IMG/VR virus record: IMGVR_UViG_3300032239_001053
Location: 1-32,334 of that record
Strand: one strand, 5' to 3'
Length of the DNA stretch: 32,334 nucleotides
Source of the DNA: a virus
Taxonomy: Duplodnaviria; Caudoviricetes
A program made the position numbers and the translations under genes. The notes beneath the pieces are model-generated. The model did not search any database and was not told the origin of the DNA. It saw only the letters and a program-made list of their open reading frames with translations. Below, one piece after another: positions 1 through 8,271 of this stretch (the first letter of the stretch is position 1; every line of letters begins with the position of its first letter).

Positions 1-750
1 GTCCACGCCTACGCAATTGACCCGACCGAAAACCACTTTGAGGTGGAAGTGGTCGTCTACAATCAGGCCAGCTATGATCGCTGGCAGGCCACCGGCACCT
101 CCGACCGCGCCCGCCGGTGCTCGTGCTGTGGCAAATCCATCCGCTGGGCGTCCGTCGTCGAGCACCTCCCGACCGGCACCTTCTACAGCGTAGGCAAATC
201 CTGCGCGGCCAAGCTGCATGAGCTTCGCCAAGTGTCCGCCGCAATTGGGCGGGCCTCGCTGGCGATCACCCAGCGCGTGCAGGCGGAGAAACGCGAACGC
301 GACTTCCGCGCCGGTGCGACCGCTGAGACGGTGGCGGCTCTGGACTGGGCGAAGACCGGCGTCAACGCCACCGCAAAGGACGTGGCCGACAAGATTCGCA
401 AGTACGGGAAGGCGTCCGACGCTCAGGTGGCGTTTCTGGTGGGTTTGCACGCCAAAGACACTGCTTACCGCGCCAGCCTCACAGGAGGGCTCACAGCGGG
501 CCGCCAGACGCTCGCAGCGACCGTTCTCGCGGTAAAGGAGAAGGTTGACCCGTACAGCGGACAGAAGCAGCACAAGCTGCTCGTGCAGCTCCCGAACGGC
601 TGCAAGCTCTGGGGCACCCAGCCCGCCAGAACGCAGGTGGCCGTCGGTGACGCGGTATCATTTGATGCCACCGTCGAAGTCTCCTCCAAAGACCCAGCTT
701 TCGGGTTCTATAGCCGCCCGACCAAGTTTACGGTTTCTGTCCCAGCATAG
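1..750 (+). CDS. Hypothetical phage protein, probably 5'-truncated; N-terminal Zn-finger-like motif and C-terminal OB-fold-like region
   Basis: Frame is open from position 1 (VHAYAIDPTENHFEVEV...). It contains RCSCCGK...VGKSC and a beta-rich C-terminus (KLLVQLPNGCKLWGT...VGDAVSFDATV...FGFYSRPTK). Confidence 0.75.
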   Translation, partial: VHAYAIDPTENHFEVEVVVYNQASYDRWQATGTSDRARRCSCCGKSIRWASVVEHLPTGTFYSVGKSCAAKLHELRQVSAAIGRASLAITQRVQAEKRERDFRAGATAETVAALDWAKTGVNATAKDVADKIRKYGKASDAQVAFLVGLHAKDTAYRASLTGGLTAGRQTLAATVLAVKEKVDPYSGQKQHKLLVQLPNGCKLWGTQPARTQVAVGDAVSFDATVEVSSKDPAFGFYSRPTKFTVSVPA

Positions 751-758
751 AAACCGTA
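729..758 (+). other. 12-bp RNA hairpin overlapping the stop codon
   Basis: TACGGTTTCTGT-cccagc-ATAGAAACCGTA, with one G-U pair on the + strand. Confidence 0.5.
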
Positions 759-857
759 GCACCGGCGGTGGGGGACATTAAAAAAGAATGTCCCTCCCGC
801 CGCGACTGGGGTTCAACCCCCCTTACCATAAAAATCCATAAAAATCCATCCATCACT

Positions 858-1127
858 ATGCTGACCCTTAAAATAGTAAACAAAGCGGCCGCCCAGTACG
901 GCGTGCAGCTCACCAGAGGCTTGGGCTACTTCTACTGGCTCGACCTGAATGGCAAATTGCTCGAAGGCGTAGAGTCCGAAATGGTCTACCGCTTGAACCA
1001 TTTGACGCTGGATCAGTGGATGACTTGCGCGGCCGACGCCGCCCGCCAATACGCCGAATGCCGGTGCAAGCGCGGGATCCACACACAGCCACAAATCGTC
1101 ATCCCATCCAAAGCCAGCAACCTATGA
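858..1127 (+). CDS. Hypothetical phage protein
   Basis: ATG at 858 follows an AC-rich leader (MLTLKIVNK...GLGYFYW...VYRLNHLTLDQW). Its stop overlaps the next start as ATGA. Confidence 0.7.
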   Translation: MLTLKIVNKAAAQYGVQLTRGLGYFYWLDLNGKLLEGVESEMVYRLNHLTLDQWMTCAADAARQYAECRCKRGIHTQPQIVIPSKASNL

Positions 1128-1357
1128 TCTCTTTTTTTCAAGCTGAACGCCGTCCCGCCCAGCGCGTCATCACCACGCCTCCCGACGAGGAGGGCAATTA
1201 CCGGAACCCAGCGACCCGATTGGAGGTTGTCGAGTGGGCCGATTGGAACCATATTCCAAACACAACGGAAAGGCACGAAGACCTCGTAAGAGAATGGCTT
1301 GCAGAGAATTGTCCACAGCCCAATGTGTGGCGTCCGTCTTCTTTTGGAAAAAAGTAG
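1124..1357 (+). CDS. Hypothetical protein
   Basis: ATGA overlap with the upstream stop; MISFFQAERR... Confidence 0.6.
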   Translation: MISFFQAERRPAQRVITTPPDEEGNYRNPATRLEVVEWADWNHIPNTTERHEDLVREWLAENCPQPNVWRPSSFGKK

Positions 1358-1366
1358 TGTACAGGA

Positions 1367-1398
1367 CGACGGGAGTTGGCGTAGGTTAACTCCCGTCG
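1367..1398 (+). other. 14-bp intergenic RNA hairpin
   Basis: CGACGGGAGTTGGC-gtag-GTTAACTCCCGTCG, with two G-U pairs and no U-tract. Confidence 0.55.
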
Positions 1399-1426
1399 GT
1401 CACAACCTCTACTCACACATAAATCC

Positions 1427-2221
1427 ATGAAATCTGCCTACTACATCTCAACCGGTTCTCTCGAAGTGTTTTACACGCTGCGTTACACGTTCGACGAGCC
1501 TCGCCACATTCAGACCGAGCATGGCGTCGAATGCACCATCATCGAGCGCGACTACTTCATTCAGAATCTCGCCCTGAACCGCGACGAGGCCATCGCAAAG
1601 GCAAAGGCCATCGTGGCCGAGCGCAGCGGCGGTGCTGGTCATCTGGAGCTGGACGATACGTTCATCCTCGAACGCCAGCGCAAAGCGGCCGAGGCCATTG
1701 ACTGGTCAATCTTTCGCGGTGGCAAGTACACTGGCCAGTCCATCCATCAGGTGGCCGAGCACGACCGCCAGTACCTCGTCTGGTTGTGCTCGCAGGCGTG
1801 GACTGAGGGATCCCAGTACCGCAAGACGGCCGAGCTGGCCGCCGCTTTGGTCGCTCACGAGCTGAACGCCATCGCCGCTGACAAAGCCGCCGAGGCCGCC
1901 GCCGTAGCCGCCCGCGTTGAGGCTGCCAAGCCGGTCATTGCTTTGTTCAAGAACCTGCACATAACGGTCTCTTTCATCAAGAACGGGCCGTACTTCACTC
2001 CCTGCGAGCCGTTCCAGCGCGAAAGCTGGGGCGCAGGCATCCTCGTGGCCGACCTCGAAGCCGGTAAGGAGCCAAACGCTCACGTCGTCGGATCCGCCAT
2101 TGACGACCTCTTGAAAGTCGAGGGCCACAGCAGCCGTGGCAAAAAGGCTAAGGCGGCCCGCGAGGCCCGCTACAGCGAGTTGGAAACCCTCATCTGGGGG
2201 ATCTTCCCTAAGGCGGCTTAA
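1427..2221 (+). CDS. Hypothetical protein with a DUF3820/ExoX-C-like 'FGKY-G' motif
   Basis: SIFRGGKYTGQSIHQVAEHDRQYLVWL resembles the FGK(Y/H)xG...I..V...D..YL.W motif. Leader is CATAAATCCATG. Confidence 0.7.
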   Translation: MKSAYYISTGSLEVFYTLRYTFDEPRHIQTEHGVECTIIERDYFIQNLALNRDEAIAKAKAIVAERSGGAGHLELDDTFILERQRKAAEAIDWSIFRGGKYTGQSIHQVAEHDRQYLVWLCSQAWTEGSQYRKTAELAAALVAHELNAIAADKAAEAAAVAARVEAAKPVIALFKNLHITVSFIKNGPYFTPCEPFQRESWGAGILVADLEAGKEPNAHVVGSAIDDLLKVEGHSSRGKKAKAAREARYSELETLIWGIFPKAA

Positions 2222-2232
2222 CCGCCGGATGC

Positions 2233-2285
2233 GCCCCTCTCAGGATCTGCCACTCAGCAGCCTGAGAGGGGCCATTTTCCGTTTT
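2233..2285 (+). terminator. Probable intrinsic terminator
   Basis: GCCCCTCTCAGG...CCTGAGAGGGGC forms a perfect 12-bp stem with an inner CTGC/GCAG, followed by CATTTTCCGTTTT, just after the stop at 2221. Confidence 0.6.
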
Positions 2286-2365
2286 CCACCCTGCCTGTTG
2301 TTTGGGTTGAGCAGTGATCTTTCCCCAGCAGGCGCAACCAACACAACCCAAAACACGATGAATCC

Positions 2366-2701
2366 ATGACACAGACCGAGTTTAACTTCGCCGCTCAGGC
2401 CAAGCATCAGACTCTGATGCAGCAGTTTGAGACGTTTCACAAAGCAAACCCTCACGTTTACGATTCGCTCGTTTCCATGGCCTACACAGCCACAGGACGC
2501 GGGATGCGCCAGTGCAGCATCGCCATGCTGTTCGAGGTGCTCCGGTGGCAAATCAACGTCGAGACCAACCGCACCAGCGAGTTCAAGATATCCAACAGCC
2601 TTCGCGCACCTTACGCCCGCAAGATTATGGCGGATCACCCACGCCTCGCAGGCGTATTCAACCTCAAGAAATCAGTCGTCGATCCCACATTCTGCTTATG
2701 A
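2366..2701 (+). CDS. Conserved phage hypothetical protein (possible DNA-binding)
   Basis: FETFHKANPHVY...SIAMLFEVLRW...FKISNSLRAPYARKIM..HP.L.G.F matches a pattern recalled from phage proteins. AC-rich leader. Confidence 0.75.
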   Translation: MTQTEFNFAAQAKHQTLMQQFETFHKANPHVYDSLVSMAYTATGRGMRQCSIAMLFEVLRWQINVETNRTSEFKISNSLRAPYARKIMADHPRLAGVFNLKKSVVDPTFCL

Positions 2702-3084
2702 AAACACACCAGCCATCAATCTCCTACACCCTCGAAGCCCGCAACTACGCACGCAGTCGCCAATCGGCCGACGTGATCGAGGTGCGCTGGCTCCCAGCCA
2801 CCGTCAAGCGTCCCGACCGCATCAAGCTGGCCTACGCGGGCCGGAAGGTCACCGTCACGCTCAAGCACCTGCCAGAGATCGGAACGCCCGCGCAACAGGC
2901 CGTAGCGGCTCTGCATTCGCACTCTGTGTCGGTAGACTACATCGTGACGCCTCCGGAGAACAGCGCGACGCTGGAGAGCACGTCGGCCCTGCTCATCATC
3001 AACGCCCACTACCGGCCGCACCTGCTCTGGTTCTTTGGCATCACCGGATTCACGCCTGAATGCGTTTTCAGCGAGGAAGAGTGA
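2698..3084 (+). CDS. Hypothetical protein
   Basis: ATGA overlap with the upstream stop; MKTHQPSISY...IEVRWLPATVKRPDRIKL. Confidence 0.7.
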   Translation: MKTHQPSISYTLEARNYARSRQSADVIEVRWLPATVKRPDRIKLAYAGRKVTVTLKHLPEIGTPAQQAVAALHSHSVSVDYIVTPPENSATLESTSALLIINAHYRPHLLWFFGITGFTPECVFSEEE

Positions 3085-3120
3085 GCAGCGTGTTGACGCC
3101 GGTCACGAGCGTGCTTAATT

Positions 3121-3187
3121 GAGCGCAGGGATGGCACGTCCCAGAGCAGCCGTTGTATCACCGCCTCGATGCAGCGGCTGCTCGCTC
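3121..3187 (+). other. Structured intergenic leader with two hairpins
   Basis: GGGATG-gca-CGTCCC (3128-3142) and a 16-bp stem GAGCAGCCGTTGTATC/GATGCAGCGGCTGCTC (3144-3183, two G-U), possibly closed by GAGC/GCTC. Confidence 0.55.
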
Positions 3188-3200
3188 TTCACATACATCC

Positions 3201-3500
3201 ATGACAAAACAGCAGATCGAGCGGTTCGTGAAAGCATTCTACCCAGACGAGGATATCATCCTCGCAGACGGGCTTGAAGACGCGTTTATGGGCGTCGCCC
3301 AGCAGTTTACCCAGACCCACGCGGTGTACGACAAAGAGAAGGTCATCGACATTCTCATCGAGCGCGACGGGATGACCGAACAGGAAGCCGAGGAGTTCTT
3401 CGACTTCAACATTCTGGGCGCATACGTCGGCGAATCTACGCCAGCCTTTTTGTTCTTTCCCACCTGTCCGTCGTGCGGAGCCATCCGCTGCGAGGACTGA
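3201..3500 (+). CDS. Conserved acidic phage hypothetical protein
   Basis: ADGLEDAFMG...VYDKEKVIDIL...MTEQEAEEFFDFNILGAYVGESTP, a motif recalled as common in aquatic phages, plus a C-terminal CPSC. Leader is CATACATCCATG. Confidence 0.8.
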   Translation: MTKQQIERFVKAFYPDEDIILADGLEDAFMGVAQQFTQTHAVYDKEKVIDILIERDGMTEQEAEEFFDFNILGAYVGESTPAFLFFPTCPSCGAIRCED

Positions 3501-3510
3501 CCACTTTGCA

Positions 3511-3722
3511 GCCGTCGAATAGATCCGGAGGAGAACTCCGGCGGAGCCCGTTCTCCTGTTGAACACGATTGGCCAGCAAACATAGCAGCAGCGAATAGAG
3601 CCGGTGGAGAACGCCGGACACAGGGAGTTGTGACCCGTTCATTGAACAAAGCGTGCTGCCGTCCACGAGAATAGAGTCGGAGGAGAACTCCGAACGGCCC
3701 ATGGGGCTCATCTGAACACTCG
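3511..3722 (+). repeat. Three tandem structured repeats with a 76-bp period (candidate ncRNA array)
   Basis: GAATAGA-N-[CCGGAG/CCGGTG/TCGGAG]-GAGAA-[CTCCGG/CGCCGG/CTCCGA] starts at 3517, 3593 and 3669. Each unit also has TGAACA (3560, 3643, 3713). Confidence 0.85.
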
Positions 3723-3747
3723 CCACTTTCCCATACATAAATACACA

Positions 3748-4056
3748 ATGAAACACCCAGTAAAAACCTACAGCAAAACATTTGAAGGCGTTTGCGCCCT
3801 CACAGTCACCGTTGGAACCAATTGCCCAAAAGGAGGAGACGTTGGCCATGGCGGTAGAACTGTATTCAGACTCAGCGACGAGTCAGGGACGTCCAATATG
3901 TACTTTGGCGTCAACGGAATAGATGGGCTTCAGCCCTTTGAACGCCTCACACTGCTCATGGCGGGAGATGCAGAGCGAGAGATGCTCATTCGGGCATTCC
4001 AATTCGCTCTTCAAGTCCTGTGCGACGGAGAAGAAAACATCGAAATATTTAACTGA
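3748..4056 (+). CDS. Conserved phage hypothetical protein
   Basis: VGTNCPKGGDVGHGGRT...GDAE motif; preceded by CATAAATAC. Confidence 0.75.
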   Translation: MKHPVKTYSKTFEGVCALTVTVGTNCPKGGDVGHGGRTVFRLSDESGTSNMYFGVNGIDGLQPFERLTLLMAGDAEREMLIRAFQFALQVLCDGEENIEIFN

Positions 4057-4058
4057 GC

Positions 4059-4289
4059 ATGAAGCACAAAGCCCCACCTAAACGCGTAGTCGCCGTCATC
4101 ATCGACGCTGAATCGATTAAGGTCACGCACGACTCCGGAGCGTCGGAGATCCAAACAGCAGCCGATCTGCTGGCCGCCGCCATCGCTGTATTGCCCACGA
4201 ACCATACAGCCATTCGTACCATCCTGAGCTGCACCGCGCCACTCATCACAGACGCCATACGAGCCAGCGGCAAACAGGCCGCAAGCTGA
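4059..4289 (+). CDS. Hypothetical protein
   Basis: Starts 2 nt after the upstream stop; 76 aa. Confidence 0.55.
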   Translation: MKHKAPPKRVVAVIIDAESIKVTHDSGASEIQTAADLLAAAIAVLPTNHTAIRTILSCTAPLITDAIRASGKQAAS

Positions 4290-4485
4290 CCAGCCGTTCA
4301 GCCATTCAGCCCCGCTTCCGCTTAGGGGTAGTAGGGGATTTGAACAGATTCCGGTCAAGCTAATTTCGCTCTGTCACTCCGTTCGCGCACCATTGCACAC
4401 TTCGCTAATCTATGCGATAGATCGAAAGCCGGTCATTCTCACTCCGTCCTAGCAAACTCTGTCAGAGGTGATCGCGCCCCCTTTT

Positions 4486-5058
4486 ATGCCGCGCCTTAAA
4501 AATCGTCTCCACGAACGCTTCGCCCACCTGATCGCTGAAGGGCTGTCTCAGGCTGACGCGTACCGGAAGCTGTGCCCCCACGTCGCTCATCCGGCGGATC
4601 AGGGATACCAGCTTGGGAAGCGCAAAGAGGTCAAGCAGCGCGTCTCTGAGATTCAGGCCGAGGTGCATTCCAGAGCCGTCATGGTGATTGATGAGAAGCG
4701 CGACGTGCTGCGCCAGATGATTGAGGGCTCTGTGCCCACGAAGGTCATCAGGCAGCCGGACGGCCGCGTGCAGGCCATCTACGACCGGCTGGCAGCCCTT
4801 CAGACGGACGCCAAGCTGGCCGGTGAATATGCGGCCGATAAGGTTGAGGTGAGCACCGGCGATATCAGCATGACCTTTGAGGTGTACGGCCGGAACCATC
4901 CCTGTCCGCCCAAGCACTGGATGGAGGCGAAGGTCGTGGACGTAGAGCCCGTAGAGCAGCCCTCTCTGGCTGATTACGAGCGAGAGCCGGAGACCGGCGC
5001 ACCCAGCCTCGAAGACCTCACAACGCAGGCTGACACAGCATCATTGGCAAAGCTCTGA
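4486..5058 (+). CDS. terS: Terminase small subunit
   Basis: MPRLKNRLHERFAHLIAEGLSQADAYRK...GYQLGKRKEVKQRVSEIQ is the typical TerS N-terminal HTH, and the gene lies upstream of TerL. Alternative GTG start at 4468. Confidence 0.8.
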   Translation: MPRLKNRLHERFAHLIAEGLSQADAYRKLCPHVAHPADQGYQLGKRKEVKQRVSEIQAEVHSRAVMVIDEKRDVLRQMIEGSVPTKVIRQPDGRVQAIYDRLAALQTDAKLAGEYAADKVEVSTGDISMTFEVYGRNHPCPPKHWMEAKVVDVEPVEQPSLADYEREPETGAPSLEDLTTQADTASLAKL

Positions 5059-5132
5059 TATGCGGTCACTTACGCCATAACACAATACAATCAATGTCAT
5101 ATCGAATTGGATCCGTTGATTTGCAATGACTT

Positions 5133-5297
5133 ATGAGCCTTTCTTCAGGGGATCCAAAGCAGCCAAAGCCCAAGCGTCGCCGGAAGAAAGAGAAGCAGCC
5201 AGTGTACTGCCACCTCTGTGAGGCGTTCATGGGATGGGGTAAGACCGGTGAAGTATGCCGGATCTGCTGGGGCGAGCTGGTGAACCGTCGTCCCTAG
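5133..5297 (+). CDS. Small basic Zn-ribbon protein (54 aa; below the ORF-track cutoff)
   Basis: Hand translation: MSLSSGDPKQPKPKRRRKKEKQPVYCHLCEAFMGWGKTGEVCRICWGELVNRRP*, with two CxxC pairs. Confidence 0.6.
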   Translation: MSLSSGDPKQPKPKRRRKKEKQPVYCHLCEAFMGWGKTGEVCRICWGELVNRRP

Positions 5298-5330
5298 CCA
5301 ACCTGTTCAGGGCGTGGTATCGTCCCGCGC

Positions 5331-6170
5331 ATGGCTACCACTCCTACCTTCATCGAAGGGAATTCCTACTCGGATTCCAATACTCCGTTCGGGCTCCGGC
5401 CTTACGACGTCCAGAACGACAACGCGGCTCCCTCTGAGCCGACCATCAAGCTGATCTGCGTCAGCGTCTCAAAGACCTTTGCGGTCTTCAAGTTCTGCAA
5501 CCCCACCGGCACAGGTGCTACGGCCAACGTGGGCTGGCTGCTGGGCCAGACTCGCCGGTGCCGCGTCTATCAGGACGCCACCGGCTTCTTCTGCTTCCCT
5601 ATGGGCCGAGCCTACGGCCGCGTCATCGTGCGTCCCTCTGCTGGCGGAGATCCCTGTGCGCTGACCTACGATGGCGTGACGTGGCCGACGTCCGTCGCTG
5701 GCCCCTGCTGGCCTGCTGTTGACGGCCCATGGCACTATCTCAACAACCGGACGTTCGGTGGCGACACAGCGGGCTGGACTGGCTTTACTCTGGGCACCGG
5801 AAGCTCCACCGGCCAGTGGTCGATACCGGTCGGGGGCGGGAACATTGGCTCTGGCCAGATCGTGCTCACCGGCTCGTGGAACAACATCCGTACCGTTGCC
5901 TCCACGCTGGCGTTCTACAACGGCCCCATCAACGGGATCCCGAACACGACCACGCTGGCCGCTGGAAGCAGCGTCGTGGTGAAGATCGATGGCTACACCT
6001 ACATGACGTGGGGCGCGGGCACCAACAGCCTGAACAGCTACATCAGCCTGCCTAGCATCCCAGTGGGTGCGACGGTGCCGCTACGCATGACGGTTGACGT
6101 GGTGATCACAGCGGGATCCACCGGCAACATCTGTGCTGGCATTCTGTGGCAGAACGCGTTCACTCCCTAA
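5331..6170 (+). CDS. Hypothetical beta-rich protein, possibly virion-associated or carbohydrate-binding
   Basis: 279 aa rich in G/T/S/W/N. The C-terminal half looks like a jelly-roll (LNNRTFGGDTAGWT...). Ends 2 nt before the TerL ATG. Confidence 0.65.
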   Translation: MATTPTFIEGNSYSDSNTPFGLRPYDVQNDNAAPSEPTIKLICVSVSKTFAVFKFCNPTGTGATANVGWLLGQTRRCRVYQDATGFFCFPMGRAYGRVIVRPSAGGDPCALTYDGVTWPTSVAGPCWPAVDGPWHYLNNRTFGGDTAGWTGFTLGTGSSTGQWSIPVGGGNIGSGQIVLTGSWNNIRTVASTLAFYNGPINGIPNTTTLAAGSSVVVKIDGYTYMTWGAGTNSLNSYISLPSIPVGATVPLRMTVDVVITAGSTGNICAGILWQNAFTP

Positions 6171-6172
6171 GC

Positions 6173-8062
6173 ATGGCAACAGAGGCGAACGATCTATTGG
6201 CAACGCTCCCCCAGTCAGTCAGGGGAGCGTTGCTTGTTGCTGGGGAGGCGCGTCGGCTGGTGGACGCCGACGAGGAGCTGGGCGTCATCAGGGCGGCCGC
6301 GTACCTATGCGAGCAGCGCGGCACCAAGCGGCTGGAGAACGTCAGGGTGACCAAGCAGGCGGCCGAGGGTATCGTCCGGTCGTTCATTCAGTCGCTGCTG
6401 GACGTTGACCTGTTCGAGCCCGTTGCGCTGCTTATGTGGGGGCCACAGGCGTTTGACTGGCGGCCGGAGAGCTGTAGGCGCGTCTGGGGCGGGCTGATGG
6501 AGCACGACAAGCTCTTGGTTCAGGGGGCAGGCTCCATGGGTAAGAGCTACGGGGCCGCTGCGTGGTTCTACCTCGACTGGTGGAGGGATCCGCGTTGGAC
6601 GTGCATCAAAGTGGTCTCGCTCACGAGGGATCACGCCGAGAGGAATATTTTCGCCAGCATTAAGCAGTTCCACCGTACCGCGCTGGTCAGGCCGGTGAGC
6701 GAGGTGCCGGACGATCTGGCCACGACGATTCAGGTGAGCAGCGATTCTAAGCAGGGCATTCACTTGGTAGCCATACCCAAAGGCGAGGACGGCCATGGCA
6801 CACTGCGAGGCTTCCACCCATCCCCGCGCTCTGGCGGCCCCCACAAGCGGTGGGGAGGCGTCTCTCGCACTCACGTCATTCTGGACGAGGCGGAGGAGAT
6901 TTCAGACGGCGTCTGGCAGGGCGTGCAGAACATCCTGTCAGCGGCCGATACGAGCGCGAAGGGTCGAATCAAAGTCTTTGCGGCCTCGAACCCTCGTGAC
7001 CGTACCAGTCAGTTCGGCCAGCGGTGCGAGCCCAAGCATGGGTGGGGCGGACTGGAGATGGAAGCCGATCAGGAGTGGGACTCGAAGGATGGCTGGAAGG
7101 TCATCAGGCTCGACGCGGCGAACTGCGAGAACGTCATCCATCGTCGGGTCATCTACCATGGGTTGCAGACCTACGAGGGCTTTATGAGCTACGTCTCGCG
7201 TGGTCGGACGGCGGAGGCTTCCACGATGGCACGCGGCTGGTTTCCGGACGAGGGTATCAGCATGGGCGTGATCTCACCGGCGATGATGGACAACGCCATA
7301 GGTGTATGCCGGTTCACTGGGCCGGTCGTCCCTCTGGCGGCCTTTGACTTGGCTCTGGAGGGCGTTGACCAAGTCGTCGCCTCCTACGGCCGGTTTGGGC
7401 TCTCAGACGGTTGGACAGACCGGTCGGGGAAGTTTCACGAGTTCAAGAAGCCGCGCACGATGCTGCAACTCGACTCCCAGATCCCGTTCCCAAAGAACAA
7501 GACGCTGGAGCAGACGCAGGCGATCATCAAGTTCTGCAAGACGATGCGGATCAGTGCGAATTGGCTGTGTGTTGACCGTACCGGCAACGGCGCGGGGATC
7601 CACGATATGCTGTGCTCCATGTTCGGTCAGGAAGTGATGGGGCTCAACTACTCGTGGGCGGCCACCGACAACCCAATCATGGGCGACGACTCGCAGAAGG
7701 CGAACGAGCTGTACAACGGCCTCGTGACCGAGCTGCTGTTCGCTCTCTCCAAGTATCTGGAGTTTGAGTGGCTCAAGATCTCGCCCAGCTTCCGGAACGA
7801 AGACCTGATCAAGCAGGCGACCGGCCGACGGTACACGCAGAAAGGTAAGGGGATGGTGAGAGTAGAAGCGAAAAAGGACTACATTAAGCGAACACGGCTG
7901 AGTTCTCCTGACGCTCTTGACTCACTTTCGATGATGGTTCACCTTATGCGACTTCGAGGAGGCAACGTGGCAACGATGACCGAGCGTAAGCAGGAAGCGT
8001 ATGTCAAAGAGATCGAGTCTGTTGTGGATTCGGCCGCTGTTTTCGTCGATTTCAGTGCATAA
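6173..8062 (+). CDS. terL: Terminase large subunit
   Basis: Walker A GAGSMGKS, Walker B VILDEAEE, coupling motif ASNP, RNase H-like acidic residues (FDLALEGVD, VDRTGNGAG, SPDALDS). Confidence 0.92.
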   Translation: MATEANDLLATLPQSVRGALLVAGEARRLVDADEELGVIRAAAYLCEQRGTKRLENVRVTKQAAEGIVRSFIQSLLDVDLFEPVALLMWGPQAFDWRPESCRRVWGGLMEHDKLLVQGAGSMGKSYGAAAWFYLDWWRDPRWTCIKVVSLTRDHAERNIFASIKQFHRTALVRPVSEVPDDLATTIQVSSDSKQGIHLVAIPKGEDGHGTLRGFHPSPRSGGPHKRWGGVSRTHVILDEAEEISDGVWQGVQNILSAADTSAKGRIKVFAASNPRDRTSQFGQRCEPKHGWGGLEMEADQEWDSKDGWKVIRLDAANCENVIHRRVIYHGLQTYEGFMSYVSRGRTAEASTMARGWFPDEGISMGVISPAMMDNAIGVCRFTGPVVPLAAFDLALEGVDQVVASYGRFGLSDGWTDRSGKFHEFKKPRTMLQLDSQIPFPKNKTLEQTQAIIKFCKTMRISANWLCVDRTGNGAGIHDMLCSMFGQEVMGLNYSWAATDNPIMGDDSQKANELYNGLVTELLFALSKYLEFEWLKISPSFRNEDLIKQATGRRYTQKGKGMVRVEAKKDYIKRTRLSSPDALDSLSMMVHLMRLRGGNVATMTERKQEAYVKEIESVVDSAAVFVDFSA

Positions 8063-8066
8063 ATAC

Positions 8067-8267
8067 ATGAACGTCCCAAAAATTATCTACGGTGACGCCG
8101 CGATGGCTAAGGATCTAGGCGTCAGTTTGACTACGGTGCGAACGTGGAGGGTCAAAGGTCTGATCCCCTATCGCAAGCTGGGCCACAGGAGCGTAATCTA
8201 CTTCCAAGACGAAGTGCTCGCTGCTCTTCAAAACGCCCCAGAACATAAACCCGAATCAAAATCATAA
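8067..8267 (+). CDS. Excisionase/MerR-like helix-turn-helix protein
   Basis: MAKDLGVSLTTVRTWRVKGLIPYRKLGHRSVIY; ATG within CATAAATACATG. Confidence 0.8.
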   Translation: MNVPKIIYGDAAMAKDLGVSLTTVRTWRVKGLIPYRKLGHRSVIYFQDEVLAALQNAPEHKPESKS

Positions 8268-8271
8268 ATAC

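Noticed and set aside
3093-3121. Sigma70-like promoter TTGACG...TTAATT
   Set aside because: The -35 is good, but the -10 match and spacing are poor, so it cannot be supported from sequence alone.
3511-3722. Canonical CRISPR mini-array
   Set aside because: The repeats are degenerate, the 'spacers' contain a conserved TGAACA and pair with their flanks, and no cas gene is in the window. Kept as an unclassified structured repeat.
8067-8267. Excisionase as evidence of a prophage or temperate lifestyle
   Set aside because: No integrase, repressor, att site or host genes are in the window, and this HTH family has many roles.
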